A stretch of DNA of 64,000 nt from an uncultured bacterium (GTDB lineage: Bacteria; Chloroflexota; UBA5177; JANWHV01). Below the pieces are notes generated by a model, which saw only the letters and a program-made list of their open reading frames with translations, did not search any database and was not told where the DNA came from. The DNA lies in assembly GCA_963827235.1 (NCBI GenBank), contig CAWHAE010000012.1, positions 704,001 through 768,000 of the forward strand. Direction: 5' to 3'. Positions 1 to 7,654 of this stretch are shown here, piece after piece. A program made the translations under genes and the position numbers. Position 1 is the stretch's first letter. Each line of letters opens with the position of its first letter.

Positions 1-302
1 GGGCGCTCGGGGAGACCAACCGCCGCCGAGCGAGGCAGATCGCATACAACGAGGCGCACAACATCGTGCCCGTGGGCATCACCAAGAGCATCCGTGATCT
101 CGGCGATCGGGTGCGCGCGGTAGCCGAGAAGCCGGCTGCCTATCAAGTTGCCGCGGAGCTGCCCAGGGACGAGGTGACGCGCATCATGAAGGACCTCGAC
201 TCCCAGATGAAATCGGCAGCGCGCCAGCTCGAGTTCGAGCGGGCGGCTGAGCTACGCGATCAGATCAGCCAACTCCGGCGGCAGCTCGAAGAGCGACGCT
301 AG
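1..302 (+). CDS. uvrB: Excinuclease ABC subunit B, C-terminal part (5' end outside the window)
   Basis: Frame open from position 3: ALGETNRRRARQIAYNEAHNIVP...MKSAARQLEFERAAELRDQI, the UvrB C-terminus with its UVR domain. Confidence 0.92.
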   Translation, partial: ALGETNRRRARQIAYNEAHNIVPVGITKSIRDLGDRVRAVAEKPAAYQVAAELPRDEVTRIMKDLDSQMKSAARQLEFERAAELRDQISQLRRQLEERR

Positions 303-333
303 GTCTCCGGCTCAGCCTGCTGCCGGCCCCTTC

Positions 334-2997
334 TCATGCAGCAGGTTGCCGACCTAGCAGGTTGCCGACCTGTGAGAGCGCTTCGTCCAGTTTACCGGCG
401 TCCTGTCCCCCTGCCTTCGCCATGTCGGGACGGCCGCCGCCACGGCCGCCCACCACCGCGGCCAACGTGTTGACGAGCGTGCCCGCGTGATAGCCGCGCT
501 GGACTAGGTCCTTGGTGACCATCACCAGAAGCTGGGGCTTGTCCGCGAACACCGTGCCGAGGACGACGATGCCGGATCCGAGCTTGTCGCGCAGCCAGTC
601 TCCCATTTCACCCAACGACTTCCCATCCGGCGCCTGCACGCGGCCGGCGACGAAGGCGACGCCGTTGCTGCGCTCGGCACGGCTCAGCAGCGACTCCAGG
701 GCATTCCTGGCGCTGTTGGCACTCACCTGCTCCAACTGGCGCTGGACCTGCTTGAGCTCAGCCAGCAGTCCGTCCACGCGCTCGGCGACCTGATTCACCG
801 GCGTACCGAGGCGCGCGGCAACCTCCTGCAGGCTGTCGACCTGGGCAGTTGCCCACGCATCGGCCCCGCGTCCGGTCAGCGCCTCGATCCGCCGGATGCC
901 GCTCGAGCTGCTGCTCTCCTGCACGATGCGAAACAGCCCGATCTCGCCGGTCCTTGCCACGTGCGTGCCGCCGCACAGCTCACGTGAGCAATAGGGAGCG
1001 CCGTCGGCGCAGCCCGTGGTCACCATGCGCACGCTATCTCCGTATTTCTCGCCGAAGAGGGCGATGGCACCCTCTTGTAGAGCCTCCTGCTGGCCGAGCA
1101 CGCGCCAATCGACCGCCGTATCGGCGCGGATCCATTCGTTGATGCCCATTTCGATCCGGCGGATCTGATCCTGGCTGATCGACCGTGGATGCGTGAAGTC
1201 GAAACGCAGCCGATCGGGCGCTACCAAGGATCCGGCCTGTGCGGCGTGTTCTCCCAGCACGTTGCGCGCGACGCGATGGAGCATGTGCGTCGCCGTGTGG
1301 TTGCGCATGATGTCGTGCCGCCGCTCCACGTCCACGCTCGCCTGCACCGTCTCGCCGACCGACAGCGTGCCTGTTTCCACCGTGCCGTAGTGCACGATCA
1401 GTCCAGGTACCGGGCGCTGCGTATCCTCGACGCGCACCCTGCCATAGGGACCGGCAATGATGCCGGTGTCTCCCACCTGGCCCCCTCCCTGCGCGTAGAA
1501 CGGAGTGCTGTCCAGCACAATGCGCACGCTGTCCTCAGCCCCTGCCGCCGGAACGTTCTCGCCTTCGGCCAATACGGCAAGCACCGTACTTTGCCCCGCC
1601 ATGCTGCCGTAACCGATGAACTGAGTGGGTGGCAGATCCTGACCTGCCCACAGCTCGGCCTCCGCGTCCCGCTTGAACTTGGCGGCTTCCTTTCCGCGGC
1701 GCTTCTGCTCGGCCAGCTCATGGTCGAACTCGTCCTGATCGACCTCGATCTCCCGTCCGCCGGCGATCTTCTGCGTCAGATCCAGGGGGAAGCCGTGGGT
1801 ATCGTGCAGCAGGAATGCCGTCTTGCCGGATAGCCGCTCACCGGCCGGCAGCTCGGCCAGCGCCGCGTCGAGCAGTCGAAGTCCGCTTTCGATGGTGTGG
1901 CCGAAACGCCCCTCCTCGGCGGTCAGTGTCTCGAGGATGAACTCGCGACGTATCCTTAGCGCCGGGTAGGCATCGCCCATGCTCTCAATCACCACCGCGG
2001 CGGCGTCGGCGAGGAAGGGCTTGACCAACCCAATCGTCCGACCCTGATACGCGGCACGGCGCAGAATTCGCCGCAGGACATAGGAATGCTTGCCCTTGCC
2101 CGGGAGGATGCCGTCCGCTATGAGGTGCGTGCAGGCGCGGGCGTGGTCGGCAATGGCACGGTATGCGGCCAGGTGCTTCTGCAGGTGCTGCTCATCTCCA
2201 CCTGCCAGCTCCATGGTGCGGCGAATGATGGGCAGAAAGAGATCGGTATCGTACGTGGAGTGGACACCCTGAAGCACCATGGATATTCGCTCGAGGCCCA
2301 TGCCGGTGTCGATCGACGGCTTGGGCAGGGGACGCATGGTGGCGCGGTCGTATTGCATGAACACGAGGTTCCAGATCTCGACGTAGTCGGGATCGTCGCT
2401 GTTCACACCAGCACTCGTCATCTTCGACAGGTCGTCCCCGATGTACATGGTGATCTCGGAGCAGGGCCCGCAGGGCCCGGTGTCGCCCATCAGCCAGAAG
2501 TTGTCCTTGGCGCCAAAACGCAGGACGCGATCGCGAGCCGAGCCGGTTTCGAGCCACAGCTGTTCTGCTTCCTCGTCGGCCGGGACCTGATCGTCGCCCT
2601 CGAACACGGTGAACCACAGGCGCTCCACGGGCAACTCGAGCTCGTGGGTGAGAAGGTCCCACGCGAACCGGATGGCATCGCGCTTGAAGTAGTCGCCAAA
2701 GGAGAAGTTGCCCAGCATCTCGAAGAACGTATGGTGCCTGGGCGAGATACCTACCTCTTCCAGGTCATTGTGTTTGCCGGAGACGCGCAGTACGCGCTGC
2801 GATGTGGTCGCACGCACGTAAGGCCGCGACTCGAGGCCGAGAAACGTGTCTTTGAACGGGACCATGCCGGCGTTGGTGAAGAGCAAGGTCGGATCATTGC
2901 CGGGAATGAGCGAGCTGCTGGGTACCTCGGTGTGCCCTCGGCGCGCAAAAAAGTCGAGGAAGGCCCGACGTGTTTCATTGCCTGTCAGAGATTTCAT
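334..2997 (-). CDS. alaS: Alanine--tRNA ligase
   Basis: DPTLLFTNAGM, HHTFFEMLGNFSFGDYFK, editing motifs HTATH and ELCGGTH, DHHA1 GGRGGGRP; ATG at 2997 preceded by AAAGGA. Confidence 0.98.
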   Translation of the reverse strand: MKSLTGNETRRAFLDFFARRGHTEVPSSSLIPGNDPTLLFTNAGMVPFKDTFLGLESRPYVRATTSQRVLRVSGKHNDLEEVGISPRHHTFFEMLGNFSFGDYFKRDAIRFAWDLLTHELELPVERLWFTVFEGDDQVPADEEAEQLWLETGSARDRVLRFGAKDNFWLMGDTGPCGPCSEITMYIGDDLSKMTSAGVNSDDPDYVEIWNLVFMQYDRATMRPLPKPSIDTGMGLERISMVLQGVHSTYDTDLFLPIIRRTMELAGGDEQHLQKHLAAYRAIADHARACTHLIADGILPGKGKHSYVLRRILRRAAYQGRTIGLVKPFLADAAAVVIESMGDAYPALRIRREFILETLTAEEGRFGHTIESGLRLLDAALAELPAGERLSGKTAFLLHDTHGFPLDLTQKIAGGREIEVDQDEFDHELAEQKRRGKEAAKFKRDAEAELWAGQDLPPTQFIGYGSMAGQSTVLAVLAEGENVPAAGAEDSVRIVLDSTPFYAQGGGQVGDTGIIAGPYGRVRVEDTQRPVPGLIVHYGTVETGTLSVGETVQASVDVERRHDIMRNHTATHMLHRVARNVLGEHAAQAGSLVAPDRLRFDFTHPRSISQDQIRRIEMGINEWIRADTAVDWRVLGQQEALQEGAIALFGEKYGDSVRMVTTGCADGAPYCSRELCGGTHVARTGEIGLFRIVQESSSSSGIRRIEALTGRGADAWATAQVDSLQEVAARLGTPVNQVAERVDGLLAELKQVQRQLEQVSANSARNALESLLSRAERSNGVAFVAGRVQAPDGKSLGEMGDWLRDKLGSGIVVLGTVFADKPQLLVMVTKDLVQRGYHAGTLVNTLAAVVGGRGGGRPDMAKAGGQDAGKLDEALSQVGNLLGRQPAA
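340..371. repeat. Perfect 16-bp tandem duplication (AGCAGGTTGCCGACCT x2) in the alaS 3' end
   Basis: Copies read directly at 340-355 and 356-371. Confidence 0.95.
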
Positions 2998-3307
2998 AGA
3001 GTCCTTTGTTGCCTCCGCCCGGGTCTCCCTTGACGCTCGCCTCTGCATGCGAAGAGACGGCCGCGCGGTGGAAGGTTGCTGATAGCCCACTACTCTACAC
3101 TTTAACCGAAACCCATCCGGCACCGCCCATCGTGCACCTACCGGCGCCGCCCACACCGTTGGCTCAGTTCGCAGTACAGTAGCCAGTAGATACGCACGTG
3201 ATCTGCAGAGTGGCAGGTCATCGGCAAAAGCCTGTAGCCCGAGCAGGCTGCAGGCTCTCCGCATGCCTGACCGCGTGCTTTTGGTTCGGTTCTGCGGTGT
3301 AGGGAGC

Positions 3308-4138
3308 ATGGTAGGCGAGAATTCCGCGCTCTACGGCTTCAGTCCTCTAGCTGCCGGCTCGGCGGCCGCGTTCAGGCTGCGCGCGGCGGCCGACCGCTTG
3401 GCTCGGTATCCCTTGCTCAGCGCCATGCTCAGCGTGGCGAGCTTCGCGTTCTTGGGTCCGGTGGCAGCACTGATTCTGGTGGCCACGATCCTCGATCATG
3501 AGTTCGCCCATCGCTACATGATGCGCAGGCTGGGATATGCGCCGGGGCCGGTGAAGCTGCTGCCCATTATCGGCGCCTACGTACGGGCAGGCAGGCCGAT
3601 GTTATGCAGCGCGGACATCGCGCTGATCTACCTCGCCGGGCCGGTTGCCGGTATCCTGAGCGCTGAGTCGGCGGCCTTCGTGGCGTCGAAAACGTTGGCG
3701 GCGGGCATAGAGCAGCAGGTGTTCATCGGCGCGGCAGTGGCGATTGGCTTGAACCTGGTCAATCTCTTGCCCTACGAGCCGCTCGACGGTGGCTTGATCA
3801 GCCGCGCTCTACCGTATCCCGCCCTGCTCCTCTTCCCGGTGGGGCTGGCGGCATGGCTGTTTCAGGCCGGTTTGCTCGCGACGCGGGGCGGCGGCATGAC
3901 TATCGCTTTTGCCGTTGTGGTTGCCATGCATCGCGTGAACAAGTGGCGGCAGTACGCCCGAGGCCTGCGTGCGCGCATGGACGAAGGTGATACGGTCGCC
4001 CTCCAACAGTGGCAGCTGAGCTTCAACGTCCCTCTGGCGATCCGGATCCTCGTGGCCTGCGTCTACGGCTTGACGATCATCGGCGGGGCGGCGATGTTCG
4101 TAAACGTGGCCGCGGTCGCTTACCAAACCGTTCCTTGA
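3308..4138 (+). CDS. Site-2 protease (M50 family intramembrane metalloprotease)
   Basis: HEFAH (HExxH), AGP and NLLPYEPLDGG (NxxPxxxLDG); hydrophobic; GGGAG before ATG 3308. Confidence 0.88.
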   Translation: MVGENSALYGFSPLAAGSAAAFRLRAAADRLARYPLLSAMLSVASFAFLGPVAALILVATILDHEFAHRYMMRRLGYAPGPVKLLPIIGAYVRAGRPMLCSADIALIYLAGPVAGILSAESAAFVASKTLAAGIEQQVFIGAAVAIGLNLVNLLPYEPLDGGLISRALPYPALLLFPVGLAAWLFQAGLLATRGGGMTIAFAVVVAMHRVNKWRQYARGLRARMDEGDTVALQQWQLSFNVPLAIRILVACVYGLTIIGGAAMFVNVAAVAYQTVP

Positions 4139-4163
4139 CAACCGTGCGGAGGGCTGGTACGGT
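4135..4163 (+). promoter_or_regulatory. Sigma70-type promoter of peptide unit 1 / amtB
   Basis: TTGACA-17 nt-TACGGT with extended -10 TGn; same layout as 6561-6589. Confidence 0.7.
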
Positions 4164-4220
4164 TAACAGAAGGGGAGCGGGCACAGCGCTTTGGTGCATG
4201 TTTCCCCGAAGGTCTGGCAC

Positions 4221-4258
4221 AGGCGCCGTTCGTCGATACGACGAGGGCGCTTTGTATT
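4221..4258 (+). terminator. Leader (attenuator-type) intrinsic terminator overlapped by an ANTAR-like hairpin
   Basis: AGGCGCC..TTCGTC-GATAC-GACGAG GGCGCTT followed by TGTATT; its 5' arm overlaps GGC-ACAGGC-GCC (4216-4227). Confidence 0.6.
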
Positions 4259-4315
4259 AATCTGGCGGCGTTGCCAACTCCCTCCGGCCCTCCGATCCGA
4301 GTGGCCCCTATCCGT

Positions 4316-4351
4316 GGCTCGGCGATTGAGCCAAGGCGCATTGCTGCACGG
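4316..4351 (+). promoter_or_regulatory. Conserved leader RNA motif, copy 1
   Basis: GGCTC-7 nt-GAGCC hairpin followed by AAGGCGCATTGCTGCACGG; paralogous to 6754-6789. Confidence 0.6.
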
Positions 4352-4480
4352 CTGGTCGTCTCTGGTTCCGCGATTTCGGGCGACACCCACGCGCTAATGG
4401 TGGATGAGTCGCTCCGGGCCCGCGGCCGCCTACAGCACACACCGGCGCTCGCCGGTGGCTCGACACGAATAGGAGATACT

Positions 4481-4606
4481 ATGATGGCCGTTCTCGTTTT
4501 CGCCCTTTTCGCCGCGCATGTCGTCGCCTGGGTGGCTCTTCCTGATCGCAAGAGCGAAGATAGCCGAACAGTGCAAGTGCCTGTCGCGGCCCCGGCTATG
4601 GCCTGA
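4481..4606 (+). CDS. Small single-TM peptide 1 (41 aa, MMAVLVFALFAAHVVAWVALP...)
   Basis: AGGAGA RBS; paralog at 6926 has an identical 12-aa core encoded with synonymous changes only. Confidence 0.85.
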   Translation: MMAVLVFALFAAHVVAWVALPDRKSEDSRTVQVPVAAPAMA

Positions 4607-4887
4607 TCCGGAGACGGCAAGCCTTCTATCTCTGGTGCCGGGAGCGAATCATATGCGGCAGAGCGGCACGGTCTATCCGTAGCGCCCTCGTCGCGCGGGT
4701 CGTGCCGCCGCCATTTCGGCAGAGCGCGGCAGCCGGTCCCGGCTGAGCATGTCCGGCCTTTGCTCCGTGCGGCCATTCTGATGGCCGGCTCGGTGCGTCA
4801 TTGGGTGGACTTCTCAGAACATCATCCTGCGTGGGACCGTCTGGACGGACGGATCCCGCATTGTAGTATTTTGGAGCAGATTCGCCG

Positions 4888-6249
4888 ATGAAGCGCATCC
4901 CTCTGCTAATCATGGCGGCAATGGTCTTCGGCTTCTCCATGGGTGCCTTGCCGAACGTCGTCCATGCCGCGACTGAGGCTGCTACCCGAGTTGCCTCGCA
5001 CGCCAGCGCATCGCCGCCGTGGACGCCTAGTGCCGGCGATACATCTTGGGTACTGGTATCGGCAGCGCTCGTCATGCTTATGACGCCTGCCCTCGGCTTC
5101 TTCTACGGCGGTTTGGTCCGTCCGAAGAATGCCCTGTCCACCATCATGCACAGTTTCTTCATTCTGTGTTTGATCAGCGTGCAGTGGGTACTCTGGGGTT
5201 ACTCGCTGGCCTTCGGTCCTGACCATGGACACCTCATAGGAGGTCTCGACTGGGCACTATTGAAGAACGTGAGTGCCTACAAGCCGGATCCATTCGGCTA
5301 TGCCCCGACTGTTCCTCACCAGGCATACATGGTCTTCCAGATGATGTTTGCGGTGATCACGCCGGCATTGATCACGGGTGCCTTCGCCGAGCGAAAGCGG
5401 TTCAAGGCCTACGTGTTGTTCAGCCTGCTGTGGGCGACGTTCATTTACGATCCTCTCGCTCACTGGGTGTGGGGCTACAACGGTTGGCTGCGCAATCTCG
5501 GCGCCCTGGACTTTGCCGGTGGCAGCGTCGTGCACATGAGTTCCGGTATTTCCGCCATCGTGGCAGCCAAGATGCTGGGTCCGCGTATTGGACTCGGCAA
5601 GGAGAAGATGGAGCCGCACGACGCGACGTACGTCGTGCTTGGCGCTTCACTGCTGTGGTTCGGCTGGTTCGGCTTCAACGCGGGTAGCGCGGTGGCTGCC
5701 GGAGGTCTGGCGACTTCGGCATTCGTGGTGACGAACACGGCAACGGCCATGGCTGGCCTCACATACCTGACGGTGAGCTGGTGGCACAAAGGCCAGCCGA
5801 GCGCGATCGGCGCTGCCGTGGGCGCGGTATGCGGCCTGGTCGCCATCACGCCGGCCTCCGGTTTCGTCGATGTCAGCGGCTCCGTGCTGATCGGTATCGG
5901 TGCCGGCACGATCTGCTACTTCAGTGGGCAGCTCAAGAACCTTATCAAGGCCGACGATGCACTCGACGTGTTCGCTTGCCACGGCATAGGCGGCACTTGG
6001 GGCGCCTTCGCAACCGGCATTTTCGCCACGACCGCCATCAACCCGGCCGGCTCCGGCGTGGTGGATGGGCACTGGCAGCAGATGCTCTACCAGCTCGCCG
6101 ACATCGGGGCCACGTGGGCGTACGCCGGCATCGGCACCTTTATCCTGCTCAAGATCGTCAACGCCGCGGTGGGACTGCGCGTGGACGAACGTGAAGAAGT
6201 ACTGGGTCTGGACGTGTCGCAGCACGGCGAGGCCGCCTATGGTATCTGA
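4888..6249 (+). CDS. amtB: Ammonium transporter (Amt family)
   Basis: GDTSWVLVSAALVMLMTP, FQMMFA, LDFAGGSVVH, LLWFGWFGFNAGS, DDALDVFACHG, GLDVSQHGE; N-terminal signal peptide. Confidence 0.98.
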   Translation: MKRIPLLIMAAMVFGFSMGALPNVVHAATEAATRVASHASASPPWTPSAGDTSWVLVSAALVMLMTPALGFFYGGLVRPKNALSTIMHSFFILCLISVQWVLWGYSLAFGPDHGHLIGGLDWALLKNVSAYKPDPFGYAPTVPHQAYMVFQMMFAVITPALITGAFAERKRFKAYVLFSLLWATFIYDPLAHWVWGYNGWLRNLGALDFAGGSVVHMSSGISAIVAAKMLGPRIGLGKEKMEPHDATYVVLGASLLWFGWFGFNAGSAVAAGGLATSAFVVTNTATAMAGLTYLTVSWWHKGQPSAIGAAVGAVCGLVAITPASGFVDVSGSVLIGIGAGTICYFSGQLKNLIKADDALDVFACHGIGGTWGAFATGIFATTAINPAGSGVVDGHWQQMLYQLADIGATWAYAGIGTFILLKIVNAAVGLRVDEREEVLGLDVSQHGEAAYGI

Positions 6250-6308
6250 TCTCGCTTAAGCCTCGCAGGCGACGTGAGTTCGCCGTGCCGCCACTGCAGT
6301 CTGGCACT

Positions 6309-6366
6309 CGACCTCCCGCGGGCATCCAACCTTTAAGTGAAGGTGGGTTGCGATCGCGGGAGGTCG
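6309..6366. terminator. Long hairpin downstream of amtB (terminator or mRNA stabiliser)
   Basis: CGACCTCCCGCG / CGCGGGAGGTCG 12-bp stem with an inner stem; no U-tract. Confidence 0.5.
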
Positions 6367-6560
6367 TCGCGTCTGAGGTCGTGAACAAACGTCCGGCATC
6401 GCACTGCCAAGCGCCGTGGCACATAGGGCGCGCAGCACATCTACCCGCCCAGGTGACTGCGAACAAATGCGGCTCGCCCCTACTCGGGCCGGCAGGGCGT
6501 CGCGGCGTGCTTTCGGCAGCATACCTCGCGACCACCCTGCGGACTGGACCATTCCTGTGG

Positions 6561-6589
6561 TTGACACCCCCTGGGGGCTTTGGTACTGT
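6561..6589 (+). promoter_or_regulatory. Sigma70-type promoter of peptide unit 2
   Basis: TTGACA-17 nt-TACTGT with extended -10 TGn. Confidence 0.75.
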
Positions 6590-6753
6590 GACTGCATCCG
6601 GCCGGGCATAAGGTGCCTTGGCCCGAGGGACCGGCCTGGAGTGCCGGTGTATCCGCAGCGCGCGTAGGAAGGGGGCGGTGGCCGGTCAGTCTCTTGGCGA
6701 CGTAGCCATGTATGCTTGGCCTGCCGCGAGAGTCGGCCGGCCCGGCAAGTCAA

Positions 6754-6789
6754 CGCTCGATGTTGGAGCGAAGGCGCATTGATGCACGG
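6754..6789 (+). promoter_or_regulatory. Conserved leader RNA motif, copy 2
   Basis: CGCTC-7 nt-GAGCG hairpin followed by AAGGCGCATTGATGCACGG. Confidence 0.6.
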
Positions 6790-6824
6790 ACCCTTCGGGG
6801 TTGCTCGGTCGTAGTGGACCGGCA

Positions 6825-6859
6825 GTTGTGTGCCAGGATGGCGCGCAATCCCGTTTGTT
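6825..6859 (+). terminator. Candidate leader terminator upstream of peptide 2
   Basis: GTTGTGTGCCA-GGA-TGGCGCGCAAT stem followed by CCCGTTTGTT. Confidence 0.45.
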
Positions 6860-6925
6860 ACTCGCACATGTATTGCACGTTCGCCGGCGGGTTCCGGCGG
6901 ACCGACACATGAAAGAGAACGCACA

Positions 6926-7063
6926 ATGGCCGCTATCGTGTTCATAGCTTTTGCCGCGCACGTCGTGGCGTGGGTTGCACTCCCCGGCAGTAAGGTCACC
7001 ACCAAGGTCGTGCGGTCTGAGGCCGCACCTGCCCCAATCGTCGCCGTTGCGGCAACCGCGTAA
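6926..7063 (+). CDS. Small single-TM peptide 2 (45 aa, MAAIVFIAFAAHVVAWVALP...)
   Basis: Paralog of 4481-4606; purine-rich GAAAGAGA upstream. Confidence 0.82.
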   Translation: MAAIVFIAFAAHVVAWVALPGSKVTTKVVRSEAAPAPIVAVAATA

Positions 7064-7167
7064 GTGCGGCAGGTGCACGCGCGTATCCTGCAGGATCCCG
7101 TCCTACCAAGAGGGGCGGGCTTGTAGCGCACGTCAACACCCTGCTCGACGCCGAATGAGGTAATCTC

Positions 7168-7221
7168 CGCGTAGATATCGCCTGCACACGGCACGGAGTG
7201 TCGTGTGCAGGCGATAACGCG
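7168..7221. terminator. Long inverted repeat downstream of peptide 2
   Basis: TATCGCCTGCACACGGCA-CGGAG-TGTCGTGTGCAGGCGATA, extended by CGCGT/ACGCG. Confidence 0.5.
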
Positions 7222-7654
7222 TTCTCGGCCTGCGGGCGACCGCTGCGAACGACAATATGGAAGCGCGGCCGCACAGAGTGCCTCGTGTGGCGGAATTCGT
7301 GGCACATTTGAGGCTGTACGAGTACGCTTTGCGTGTATCGCTCAGCCATTCGGGGGAGCAGCGGATCTGCCCAGACTGCGATGCTTGATCTGTCGGCTTC
7401 TGCTCCAATCGATCGGGTCTCGATTGCTCCAGGGCCGGCTTCCCATTTCCGGAGCGTCCGCTGTGGCGGCGCGCCACGCACTCGACAACGATCGACCGCT
7501 AGAATCAGTACGGCATATGCGCCGTGGCGGCGGTGCGGCAAGTAGTGACATTGCCCGGATGGCGCCGGCCCGCGGCCTCGACGCCGAAGCCCGGAGCCAG
7601 GGCACGGGTGCTACTGCCCGACGGCCGTGAGGGCGGTATGCCCGCGGAGGGTTA

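Noticed and set aside
2998-3307. T-box riboswitch upstream of alaS
   Set aside because: No GGTGGnACC T-box bulge or terminator on the alaS sense strand; the GGTGG present is on the opposite strand
4333-4351. Sigma54 promoter or NtrC box as an explanation of the conserved leader motif
   Set aside because: GG-to-GC spacing is 9 nt, not 10, and there is no TGCACC-N5-GGTGCA; the adjacent covarying stem favours RNA structure
4355-4380. Guanidine-I (ykkC) riboswitch, suggested by GGTTCCGCGAT
   Set aside because: The conserved 3' hairpin of that class is missing, and the segment is absent from copy 2
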